This document shows, one piece after another, positions 15,735-24,289 of a stretch of DNA of 57,935 nucleotides. The position numbers and the translations under genes are program-made. Every line of letters begins with the position of its first letter. The first letter of the stretch is position 1. Source of the stretch: an uncultured Planctomycetales bacterium (GTDB taxonomy: Bacteria; Omnitrophota; Gorgyraeia; Zapsychrales; Fredricksoniimonadaceae); NCBI GenBank assembly GCA_964520655.1, contig CAZFNI010000002.1, forward strand, positions 1 to 57,935. The letters are read 5' to 3'. The notes beneath the pieces were generated by a model. It was not told the DNA's origin. It saw only the letters and a program-made list of their open reading frames with translations, and made no database searches.

Positions 15735-17243
15735 TTAAATAAGTGCTTCCGACTTTAAGATCTCTTTATCGATCTTCCCTGTCCGGTTCTTCGGTAAATT
15801 GGTCCGGATCTCAATTGTTTGCGGGACCTTAAAATTCGCCAAATGTTCTTTAACAAAATATTTCAGTTGTAAACCATCCACGTCCGCATCTTCTTTCAGG
15901 ACAACAAAAGCCTTAACAGCTTCGCCGCGCATCGTATCTGGAACACCGATCACCGCTGCCTCTAAAACGTCTTTATGCTTGCAAAGAGCAGCCTCAACCT
16001 CAGGAGCATAGACGATCTGCCCGGCCACTTTGATCATTTCTTTCTTGCGCCCCGCAATATACAAAAATCCCTCGCTATCGAATCGTCCCAGGTCGCCTGT
16101 ATGGAAATATCCATTGCGTTTGGCAGCCTTTGTCGCCTCAGAATCCTTATAATATTCCTGCATCACAACCCAACCTTTAATGACGATCTCGCCGATCTCT
16201 CCAGCAGCAAGTGGCTTATCCTGATCATCAACGATCAAGATCTCACAATTTGGTGCCGGCTTGCCTACACTCTCGATCTTATCGCTGTTAAGCGGCGTTA
16301 CCGTATTGGGCGGACATGTTTCCGTCATCCCCCAACCATTTAACAATCGGGCATTAGGGCAATAGCGGTGGAAACGTTCAAGGATCTCTTTCGATGACGG
16401 AGCCCCAAAGACCACTACCCATCGCAAACTACTGAGGTCAAACTGATCCAAATGCTTCAGTGTCAATAGCGCCGTATACATCGGAGGCACAATATGAAAA
16501 CATGTGACTTTATAGGTAACAACATTCTTTAGGAATTCCAATGGATGAAAACGATCCATCAATACCAGTGTGATGCCAAAAATAATACAATTCTGGATAT
16601 AAATAAACCCGCCAATATGGCTTAAAGGAATCGCGCATAATTTGACATCTTTATCCGTCAGATCCACAAAATGGTGCATCGCTTCCGGAGACCCATCCAA
16701 ATGCTTATAATTAAGCACTATGCCTTTGGGGGCACCCGTTGTACCCGATGTGTACATCAACAGGGCCGGATCGTTCTCCTGGAGATCAACAGGTGAAAAG
16801 CCATTGTGAGCTGCCACATCTTGAAAAGGCACCTCCCATGAGACCCCAAGAGCATCGCCTAAAAAAACAACTTTTTTCAAAGAAGCAACGGCTGCCTTGA
16901 TCGCGCTAACATCAATATCCTGTTTATATTGCATGACGAGGATCTCAGCTTCGCCATGACTAAGACAAGATATTAATTCATCATTTTTAAGCATGTAATC
17001 TAACGGAATAACGGTAGCGCCGCAGCAAAATGAGGATAAATACGTCAACACATACTCAGGAGTATTGGGTAAATAAACGGCAATGCGGCTGGATTTTTTG
17101 ATATTTAAAGAACGCAGGCCTTGAGCAAGTGATAATACCTGGGAATGGAGGTCAGAGAAAGACACCACTCTGTCTTTAAAAATAATAGCGTTCTTATTGC
17201 CAAAACGCTTAGCTGCCGATCCAAGAAGATTATATATATTCAT
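15735..17243 (-). CDS. AMP-dependent acyl-CoA/acyl-ACP synthetase (adenylate-forming ligase)
   Basis: 502 aa. Has YTSGTTGAPKGI (A3 motif), GWGMTE, YFHTGDLG and GRKKEMIKVAG. It is the first gene of the PKS operon. Confidence 0.9.
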   Translation of the reverse strand: MNIYNLLGSAAKRFGNKNAIIFKDRVVSFSDLHSQVLSLAQGLRSLNIKKSSRIAVYLPNTPEYVLTYLSSFCCGATVIPLDYMLKNDELISCLSHGEAEILVMQYKQDIDVSAIKAAVASLKKVVFLGDALGVSWEVPFQDVAAHNGFSPVDLQENDPALLMYTSGTTGAPKGIVLNYKHLDGSPEAMHHFVDLTDKDVKLCAIPLSHIGGFIYIQNCIIFGITLVLMDRFHPLEFLKNVVTYKVTCFHIVPPMYTALLTLKHLDQFDLSSLRWVVVFGAPSSKEILERFHRYCPNARLLNGWGMTETCPPNTVTPLNSDKIESVGKPAPNCEILIVDDQDKPLAAGEIGEIVIKGWVVMQEYYKDSEATKAAKRNGYFHTGDLGRFDSEGFLYIAGRKKEMIKVAGQIVYAPEVEAALCKHKDVLEAAVIGVPDTMRGEAVKAFVVLKEDADVDGLQLKYFVKEHLANFKVPQTIEIRTNLPKNRTGKIDKEILKSEALI

Positions 17244-17288
17244 TATCAGAAGAGTCTTGGGTGTTGATGGTAAAATTTTATTACTACG

Positions 17289-17316
17289 ATTTTATTAGAT
17301 AAGCGGCTTTAGTCAA
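17289..17316 (-). promoter_or_regulatory. Candidate sigma70 promoter for the PKS operon
   Basis: On the minus strand there is TTGACT (17316-17311), a 16-nt spacer and TAAAAT (17294-17289), about 45 nt upstream of the ligase ATG at 17243. Confidence 0.4.
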
Positions 17317-17327
17317 GAAATCTTTAC

Positions 17328-17345
17328 ATCCTAACAGGTTAGGAT
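17328..17345. promoter_or_regulatory. Perfect 7-bp/4-nt-loop palindrome: candidate PadR operator or padR terminator
   Basis: atcctaa-cagg-ttaggat lies 10 nt after the padR stop and 12 nt upstream of the candidate -35. No T-tract follows on the minus strand, so an operator role is at least as likely as a terminator. Confidence 0.35.
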
Positions 17346-17354
17346 AACCCGATC

Positions 17355-17867
17355 TCAAAGCCTTTCGATCAAATCAGTGGTGGAGCGGATCTCTGCATGT
17401 ATTAATTCGAGGCTGTGCTGATGGATCAGGAAAGATTGAGCCGAGTCTTGCTGCGCTCTATCCCTTAATACCGACACTTCTCTAGCGATCTTTTTTAAGA
17501 ACGCTATCCGCGCCTTTAGACGACGTTTGGCAATCGGTTTATTCGTCAAATGGATAAAATATAACGAGAGATCGATCTGGAAAAATGGACGTTCAACAGA
17601 AGAAAAACTTTCCTGCATCAACAGATCGAATTTCTTTCTGCCTTTATCAGTGATACGATACACATACTTCTCAGGGAATCTACCCTGCCGGCCCGTTTCC
17701 TTGGCAACAAGGCCGTCCTTTTCCATTTTCATCAAAGGGTAATAGATCGATTTGATCTTAAGACCGGCACTTTGCTTAAGATCATCATGGATCTGCCGCT
17801 TGATCTCATAGCCATGCTTTGGACGGTCAACGAGTAATCCAAGAAAAAGTAATTCATTCTCGATCAT
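17355..17867 (-). CDS. PadR-family transcriptional regulator
   Basis: 170 aa. LLVDRPKHGYEIKRQI...IYYPLMKMEKDGLV is the PadR winged-helix signature. Confidence 0.85.
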   Translation of the reverse strand: MIENELLFLGLLVDRPKHGYEIKRQIHDDLKQSAGLKIKSIYYPLMKMEKDGLVAKETGRQGRFPEKYVYRITDKGRKKFDLLMQESFSSVERPFFQIDLSLYFIHLTNKPIAKRRLKARIAFLKKIAREVSVLRDRAQQDSAQSFLIHQHSLELIHAEIRSTTDLIERL

Positions 17868-17873
17868 AGTATT

Positions 17874-18326
17874 TTAATTCTGCGTCTTTAGATCCTGTTC
17901 ATCTTCAGACACAGGGTCAGGCGGGAGCAAGCCAAAATGAATATCCAAACCATGAAAAACATTCTTCGATACGATACGTTTCGCATTGGTGCTCAGCGAC
18001 GACACTTCCACCCGCGTCTGGTGGTCGTTCTCCTCTACGAAAAAAACACCAACCTCCGTCGTATTAACACTTCCTTTAATCCCCATAAGAACAAAATACC
18101 CTTTGATATCATCCTCTTTAAAGATCACATACCCTTTCTTTAAAACAACTTCTTTAGCCCCTTTGACAACATCCCAATACGGAGAATAGTATGTCTTTGC
18201 TGTCGCCTCACTCCTTGCCTTTTCCAAAGATTCTGTGGACGAACCCCAAAGCTTCTTGACTACTTCAGTTCCGCCGGCGCAACCAGCAGAAACGATCAAC
18301 ACAGCGATCAATAAAATTATTTTCAT
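17874..18326 (-). CDS. Hypothetical lipoprotein
   Basis: Signal peptide with lipobox (LIVSAGC). No family recognised. Confidence 0.5.
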   Translation of the reverse strand: MKIILLIAVLIVSAGCAGGTEVVKKLWGSSTESLEKARSEATAKTYYSPYWDVVKGAKEVVLKKGYVIFKEDDIKGYFVLMGIKGSVNTTEVGVFFVEENDHQTRVEVSSLSTNAKRIVSKNVFHGLDIHFGLLPPDPVSEDEQDLKTQN

Positions 18327-19111
18327 GCGCTCTTCTCTTCCACCTGGATACGGTAATTTTCACAAATTCTTTCTAAACCCGCCACTTGCGCGCGCTGGCG
18401 CATAAGCTCCTGCTGGAACATTTGGGTCTGATTGAACATATTCTCATTGGACACATGCAGCTTGTCATTAGTTTCTCGCAACGTCGACAATTCCATCTGC
18501 ATCTCAAGGATCTGCGTTTTAGCCTCTTCCAGCTCTCGATTAACAGATTGGGAACTTTGAGATGAATTTTCCCGATTTAGCACAATAGCTTCTTTTTCCA
18601 ACTTCAGGTCCTCAATGGTTTTCTGGGCAACCTTGATGTCCTCTTCCATCCGTGATCGGATCGCCGCCGCCTCATCTTGAAGCTCCACGACTTTTGCCTG
18701 CGCCTGTTCCAGCTGGTTTGACAATAAAAAATTATCCTGACGAAGCTGATCCGCCTGTTTCTGCGCTTCGATCAATTCCTCATTATCAACAGGGGCCTGC
18801 ATCTTTTCCATCTTAAGGTCTTGATTCTCTTTGGTCAGTCGATCGATCAGTCCCAGCGCCTCGCTGGCCTGCATCGTACCCTTTTCTGAGATCTCTTTTA
18901 ACTCTGCTTCCAATTCATCAACACGCCGTTTGTACTCCAATTCAGCCATCGTAGGACCATGGGAATCGGATGGTCCTTTATCCGGCATTAAAGAAACAGG
19001 CTCAATTTTCTCGACAAGCGGTTTACCAGCCTCTTTACTAAAAAGATAAAACAAAAAACCAACAACCCCACCTGCCGCGACCACAATTCCAATGAGCACA
19101 TAGACAATCAT
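18323..19111 (-). CDS. Membrane-anchored coiled-coil protein
   Basis: An N-terminal TM helix is followed by about 200 aa of heptad-like, E/K/Q/L-rich sequence. Confidence 0.5.
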   Translation of the reverse strand: MIVYVLIGIVVAAGGVVGFLFYLFSKEAGKPLVEKIEPVSLMPDKGPSDSHGPTMAELEYKRRVDELEAELKEISEKGTMQASEALGLIDRLTKENQDLKMEKMQAPVDNEELIEAQKQADQLRQDNFLLSNQLEQAQAKVVELQDEAAAIRSRMEEDIKVAQKTIEDLKLEKEAIVLNRENSSQSSQSVNRELEEAKTQILEMQMELSTLRETNDKLHVSNENMFNQTQMFQQELMRQRAQVAGLERICENYRIQVEEKSA

Positions 19112-19121
19112 AGCCTCTCCC

Positions 19122-20093
19122 CTACCATATCCGTTTGTCTTTTAGATACAGGCAATAATCCTTGATCGCTTCTTCCAGCGATAGAAATGACTTATCGTAC
19201 CCCACAGACCTAAGCTTTCGCATATCGCCCTGGGTAAAATATTGGTATTTATCGCGCAGCACCTGCGGCATTTCAATATATTCGATGGTCTGCGTCTTTC
19301 CCGTTGCAGCAAACAAGGCCTTGGCAAGATCATTCCACGTCCTGGCATGCCCCGTTGCCACATTGAATATCCCATTAGCGTAGGGATCTCTCATGAAGAA
19401 CAGAACAACATCCACAACATCTTTAACATAAACAAAATCCCTCTTCTGTTCTCCATCCTTGTAATGAGGATGATACGACTTGAACAACACCATCTTCCCC
19501 TCATCGATCACACGATCATAGGATTTAGCGATCACGCTGCGCATGTCACCTTTATGATATTCGTTAGGGCCGAACACATTAAAGAACTTCAAGCCAACAG
19601 TCTTATGTTGATACCCATTGGCTAAGATCCATTGATCAAAACGCTGTTTGGAATCACCATACAAATTCAAAGGCTTAAGGCGCGGTATGATCGCTTCATC
19701 ATCACTATAACCAAGCTCTCCATCCCCGTAAGTCGCTGCAGAGGACGCATAAATAAAACGGGCATTATACTTTAAGGCCCACTGCGCTACCGTTATGGAA
19801 TATTCATAGTTATTCTTCTGGAAATAATCGGCATCAGAAACCGTGGTCGAACTGCACGCCCCCATATGAAGGATGCAGTCCACGTCAAAATCGAACTGGT
19901 CTCGTTTTAATAATTTTAAATATTCCGCCTTATCAAAATAGCGGACATACTTCTTATTGGAAAGGTTGCGCCTGGACAGATCCTGATCAGTCTCATAATG
20001 ATCGACTACGATCAGATCATTTCGGCCAAGCTCATTAAGTTTGGCCACAAGACAGCTTCCAATAAAACCCGCCGCACCGGTTACGACGATCAC
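19122..20093 (-). CDS. hldD: ADP-L-glycero-D-manno-heptose 6-epimerase
   Basis: 323 aa, collinear with enterobacterial HldD: MIVVTGAAGFIGS, GACSSTT, YASSAATYG, LNLYGDSK, FNVFGPNEYHKG, KRDFVYVKDV, YQYFTQGDM and GYDK. Confidence 0.85.
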   Translation of the reverse strand: MIVVTGAAGFIGSCLVAKLNELGRNDLIVVDHYETDQDLSRRNLSNKKYVRYFDKAEYLKLLKRDQFDFDVDCILHMGACSSTTVSDADYFQKNNYEYSITVAQWALKYNARFIYASSAATYGDGELGYSDDEAIIPRLKPLNLYGDSKQRFDQWILANGYQHKTVGLKFFNVFGPNEYHKGDMRSVIAKSYDRVIDEGKMVLFKSYHPHYKDGEQKRDFVYVKDVVDVVLFFMRDPYANGIFNVATGHARTWNDLAKALFAATGKTQTIEYIEMPQVLRDKYQYFTQGDMRKLRSVGYDKSFLSLEEAIKDYCLYLKDKRIW

Positions 20094-20647
20094 GGGTCCT
20101 CCTTAGAAGCATGTTTGATAATGAAATTCCCAACAGCCTCCCCAATGCTCAAGGCTGCCTGCATCGCATTCTCTTTAGAGATGTTAAATGGCTTGGAAGC
20201 CGCAAAACTCAAGACCCTTAATCCAGTTTTGCGGTCATAAATTTCCCCGCTGATGCTGATGCGGGAACGGTGTTTAAATAAGAGGGTTTTAGAAAGTTTT
20301 CCTGGTTGAGAATATTCTTCAATATACCCGTCCAAGATCAAATTTGCCTCATGAGGATCATTGGTCACGGAAATGCCGGCATCATTATTCTGCAGCGCAT
20401 CAATAGCCCCTTGAATGATCTTTAAAGAGACCCTGTCAGTCTGCTCATCGGCAACGGCTAAAGGCCCTGCTTTCAGATCCGTGAACGCCAGCTTCCCTCC
20501 GCTGCCTAGTTTATGGGCATCAACAATATTCCCAGAAATAGTCACGCCAGCATTGGAAATTAAAGCAGGCTTGGGATTTTGATGTGAATGTGCTGCACAA
20601 CCAGCAAGAAATACGACAGCGATAAGAATTATTGATTTATTTGGCAT
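20090..20647 (-). CDS. Hypothetical lipoprotein
   Basis: Lipobox VVFLAGC. 4-nt overlap with hldD. Confidence 0.5.
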   Translation of the reverse strand: MPNKSIILIAVVFLAGCAAHSHQNPKPALISNAGVTISGNIVDAHKLGSGGKLAFTDLKAGPLAVADEQTDRVSLKIIQGAIDALQNNDAGISVTNDPHEANLILDGYIEEYSQPGKLSKTLLFKHRSRISISGEIYDRKTGLRVLSFAASKPFNISKENAMQAALSIGEAVGNFIIKHASKEDP

Positions 20648-20678
20648 TGATGAATATTAACATAGTAAAAATGGGGGC

Positions 20679-21674
20679 TCAAGTAGTTTTCGAGCGGGAT
20701 ATCATTTTAAAACGGACATCTTTTTCATCATATATCTCTCCAAACAGCTCTTCCAACACATCTTCCATCGTGACCAAACCGATATTATGGCCGTAATTAT
20801 CCTGTACGATGAATAAGTGCTGGTGGAACGATTGGAACTTTTCCATCAAGCCATCAGCCTTCATCATATGATTGACAAAGATCGGTTTTAACATCCAGTC
20901 GCTGATCTTTGCAGAATAATTATCCTTGGCCATCTCCCTCAATAAGATCCGGTGCTGAACGATCCCGACAACATTCTTTCGTTCCAAATGATACACCACT
21001 ATCCTGTTGTAAGGGGACGCCAGGATCTCCTCTTCGACTTCGCCGATCGTTTTGCTTTGATCGATCATATAAATATCTTTGAGCGGTTTCATGATCTGCC
21101 CAGCCCGCAGATCATTGAGCTTAAAAACCCTGTTGATCAATATCTCCTCATCTAACTCCACTGTTCCTGAGTCTCGCCCGATCTTCAACATCATTTTGAT
21201 CTCGTCCTCGCTGACCCTGGTTTTCTCTCCGTGGACAAAAGGCCAGGTGATCAAACGCGCAAACCACATCATCGGCCTGAAAACCCACAAGAGCAAACGA
21301 ACAGGCTTGGCGAACAGAAGGGCTACAGGGATCTTATATCGTTCTCCGATCCCCTTTGGGATCACTTCTCCAAAGATTATAATAGAAAAGGTCAGAACAC
21401 CCGTGGCAACGCCTAAATACGCGTCGCCCAACACCTCAGTGATCTGGTGACCTATGTACATTGATCCTGCGATATTAATGGTGTTATTGATGATGACGAT
21501 CGTGGCGATGGCAGCGGTGATATTTTCTTTGACAAAAAGCAGGTCTTTGGCGTTCAAGCGCTTTTCTTCAACAAGCATTCGCGCCCTTAGGATCGGCAGA
21601 CTTAAGATCGCTGCTTCAATCATAACGCATACGAAGGAAGAAAAGATCAATATTGATGCGGACAAAAAGATCAT
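20679..21674 (-). CDS. CNNM/DUF21 + CBS-pair membrane protein (CorC/TlyC-like)
   Basis: The N-terminal 4-TM DUF21 region contains GEVIPK, followed by two CBS-like repeats. Confidence 0.8.
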   Translation of the reverse strand: MIFLSASILIFSSFVCVMIEAAILSLPILRARMLVEEKRLNAKDLLFVKENITAAIATIVIINNTINIAGSMYIGHQITEVLGDAYLGVATGVLTFSIIIFGEVIPKGIGERYKIPVALLFAKPVRLLLWVFRPMMWFARLITWPFVHGEKTRVSEDEIKMMLKIGRDSGTVELDEEILINRVFKLNDLRAGQIMKPLKDIYMIDQSKTIGEVEEEILASPYNRIVVYHLERKNVVGIVQHRILLREMAKDNYSAKISDWMLKPIFVNHMMKADGLMEKFQSFHQHLFIVQDNYGHNIGLVTMEDVLEELFGEIYDEKDVRFKMISRSKTT

Positions 21675-21680
21675 GATAAA

Positions 21681-22838
21681 TTAATGAAGAACAATGGACC
21701 TTAAAGCAGACATATCAACATCCGAGGAAGGCTTTTTGAAATAATACCCTTGTCCAAGACCAACTCCTAAACCCATAACAATATCCAGATCCTCTTTTGT
21801 CTCAATCCCTTCTGCAATACAGATTATCCCGCTTTCTACGCAAAACTCAACCATTAATCGCACTAAGCTTCTTTTGAAATGATCGTGAGCAACCCCGTTG
21901 ATGATATGCTTATCGATCTTGACCACTTCAGGCTTAGTTTGCACGATCACATCCAGGCTGGAATAACCAGCTCCGACATCATCGACAGCGATCTTAAAGC
22001 CCTGCTCCCTGAAACTGGCTACCTGTTTTAAAAAATTCGCATAGACAGAGATCGCTGAACGTTCCGTGACCTCTAAGAATACATGTCGTTGCACCATATC
22101 GAATCCATTAAATACTTCTTTGATTCGGTTAGCATCCTTACTTTCTATAAGATATGGATTACAATTCAAGAATAGATGTTCTGCACCAAATGTCTGCTGG
22201 GCAACCGCCAAGGCCTTTTTCCACACGATCATTTCCAATTCATAATAACATCCAAAACGCATAGCCACTTTAAATAAAGCCTCAGGATTTGACAATGCTC
22301 CTTGACATTGCGGCCTTGACAATACTTCAAGCCCAAACAATCGAAAAGGCTTTAACTGATAAATTGGCTGAAAATATGGAATGACATTCTGCTGGTCCAC
22401 AATATCGTGCAGCTCATCTAACATCTCAATGTTTGCATCCTCCTGGATCCTTTGCGCGACCTGAGCCCTTAAGATAGAGTCTTCTACTCTCGTCATAAGG
22501 TCATACAGATCCACCGGCTTTCTCACATAATCGTCAGCCCCGACATGAAAAGACTCAACCTTTTCTGATCGTCTGTCATTGTTACTTAAAATAATAACCG
22601 GGATGTGTTTTGTGCTGCGATCGATCTTAAGCAAATGGCATAACCTTAAACCATCATAATCCGGCAAGGCCATATCCAGCAAGATCAGATCCACATCAGC
22701 GTGTGCCTTGTTTAATCCATCCTGTCCAGACTCTGCCCTTAATACACCGTACCCCCTGGTCACGAGAATACTGGAGATAAACTCGGAAATTTCAGAAGAG
22801 TGACTCACCAGCAGCACGGACTGTTTATTAGGCACCAT
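21681..22838 (-). CDS. Response-regulator receiver + EAL domain c-di-GMP phosphodiesterase
   Basis: The REC domain has LILLDMALPDYDG. The EAL domain has all the catalytic blocks: EVTER, NCNP, DDVGAGYSSL, KIDK, EGIET and GQGYYF. Confidence 0.85.
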   Translation of the reverse strand: MVPNKQSVLLVSHSSEISEFISSILVTRGYGVLRAESGQDGLNKAHADVDLILLDMALPDYDGLRLCHLLKIDRSTKHIPVIILSNNDRRSEKVESFHVGADDYVRKPVDLYDLMTRVEDSILRAQVAQRIQEDANIEMLDELHDIVDQQNVIPYFQPIYQLKPFRLFGLEVLSRPQCQGALSNPEALFKVAMRFGCYYELEMIVWKKALAVAQQTFGAEHLFLNCNPYLIESKDANRIKEVFNGFDMVQRHVFLEVTERSAISVYANFLKQVASFREQGFKIAVDDVGAGYSSLDVIVQTKPEVVKIDKHIINGVAHDHFKRSLVRLMVEFCVESGIICIAEGIETKEDLDIVMGLGVGLGQGYYFKKPSSDVDMSALRSIVLH

Positions 22839-22879
22839 ACGATTTACACCTGTTTAAAATAGTCAAGGGACTTAATGAA

Positions 22880-22909
22880 AGTATAAAGCCAATTAGCAGG
22901 TAATGCCAA
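22880..22909 (-). promoter_or_regulatory. Candidate promoter for the REC-EAL gene
   Basis: On the minus strand there is TTGGCA (22909-22904), an 18-nt spacer and TATACT (22885-22880). Confidence 0.3.
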
Positions 22910-22933
22910 GAATTTACGTCGAGAAAACGCTTT

Positions 22934-23464
22934 CTATAGAGAATATTCTTCGAAATGACAGGAGACAGCGTTTTCCTGTAACACAGGAGAGCTTTGCTTC
23001 AAATGAAAACGGCTGGGGATCGGGGGGAAAAAAACATCACAATGGAAAGAACCGCGGATGCGGGTAATGAACAACCCGGCACATGCCGGATGTCCAATGG
23101 CCTGAGAATATAGATTAGCGCCGCCAATAATAAAGACCCTGTTGATCTTATCCATGGTCGACACATGGGAAAGGGCCTGGGAAAGATCGTCAAATATAAA
23201 AACATCCGGGACCTTAGGATAGTCTTTCTGGCGGGTTAAAATAATATTGATGCGTCCAGGAAGAGGCCGGAATTTCGAAGGCAGCGATTCCCATGTCCTG
23301 CGCCCCATGATCAACACATTCTTGAACAATGGGTTATGTGAAGCCGTAGTTATTTCTTTAAAATGTTTCAAGTCAGCCGATAGACGCCAGGCCAGATCAC
23401 CGCCGACACCTAAACCCTGCTCTTCATCCATAGCCGCGATTATGTAAAAGGGCTTCTGAGCCAT
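22934..23464 (-). CDS. folA: Dihydrofolate reductase
   Basis: 176 aa. Has IIAAMDEEQGLG, DLAWRL..DLKHFKEIT and IMGRRTWESLP. It lies immediately downstream of thyA. Confidence 0.85.
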   Translation of the reverse strand: MAQKPFYIIAAMDEEQGLGVGGDLAWRLSADLKHFKEITTASHNPLFKNVLIMGRRTWESLPSKFRPLPGRINIILTRQKDYPKVPDVFIFDDLSQALSHVSTMDKINRVFIIGGANLYSQAIGHPACAGLFITRIRGSFHCDVFFPPIPSRFHLKQSSPVLQENAVSCHFEEYSL

Positions 23465-24289
23465 TTACACCGCAATTGGGAATTTAATAAAGGCTGCCGG
23501 TTTATAACCAGTCATTTTAAAATCTTCAAAACGGTAATCTAAAACATTCTTTTTGGGCAATTCAAGCACAGGAAGGACGCCCGGAGTTCGGTCTAATTGC
23601 AGCTTAATCCCCTCTAAGTGGTTCAAATAAAGATGCGCGTCTCCCAGAGTGTGGGTCAGAATTCCAGGAGTCAAATCACACTCCTTAGCAAACATTGTCA
23701 TTAATAATGCATAACTGGCAATATTAAACGGCACCCCTAAGGCAACATCAGCTGAACGTTGATATAATTGACAATCTAACCGCCCCCCAGAAACATAAAA
23801 TTGAAAGAACGCATGGCACGGGGGTAAAGCCATGCGATCAATATCCGATACATTCCAGGCGCTGACAATGATCCTTCTTGAGTTGGGATTCGTTTTGATC
23901 AGTTCCAGGGCTTGCGCGATCTGATCAACATAAGTCTGACGGTATGATTTGGACTGCTCATCAAAAAGTATCTTTGGCCATCGTCGCCATTGATATCCGT
24001 AGATCGGGCCAAGCTCGCCGTCCGGTTTAGCCCATGCATTCCAGATAGGCGTATGCTGGGTCAGGTCATCATTTATATTGGTCGCCCCTTTAAGGAACCA
24101 TAAAAGTTCATAGACAACCGCATCAAAAAGGACTTTTTTTGTCGTTAATAGAGGGAACCCCTCACGCAAATCGTACTTTGATTGGTAACCAAATACTGAG
24201 ATCGTACCTGTTCCGGTACGATCTTCTTTCTTTTCCCCATTTTCAAGGATGAATTTAACTAGGTCCAGGTACTGCTTCATGTCCGCCAC
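23465..24289 (-). CDS. thyA: Thymidylate synthase
   Basis: 274 aa. Has [32 protein letters not shown] and [16 protein letters not shown]. Confidence 0.95.
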   Translation of the reverse strand: MADMKQYLDLVKFILENGEKKEDRTGTGTISVFGYQSKYDLREGFPLLTTKKVLFDAVVYELLWFLKGATNINDDLTQHTPIWNAWAKPDGELGPIYGYQWRRWPKILFDEQSKSYRQTYVDQIAQALELIKTNPNSRRIIVSAWNVSDIDRMALPPCHAFFQFYVSGGRLDCQLYQRSADVALGVPFNIASYALLMTMFAKECDLTPGILTHTLGDAHLYLNHLEGIKLQLDRTPGVLPVLELPKKNVLDYRFEDFKMTGYKPAAFIKFPIAV

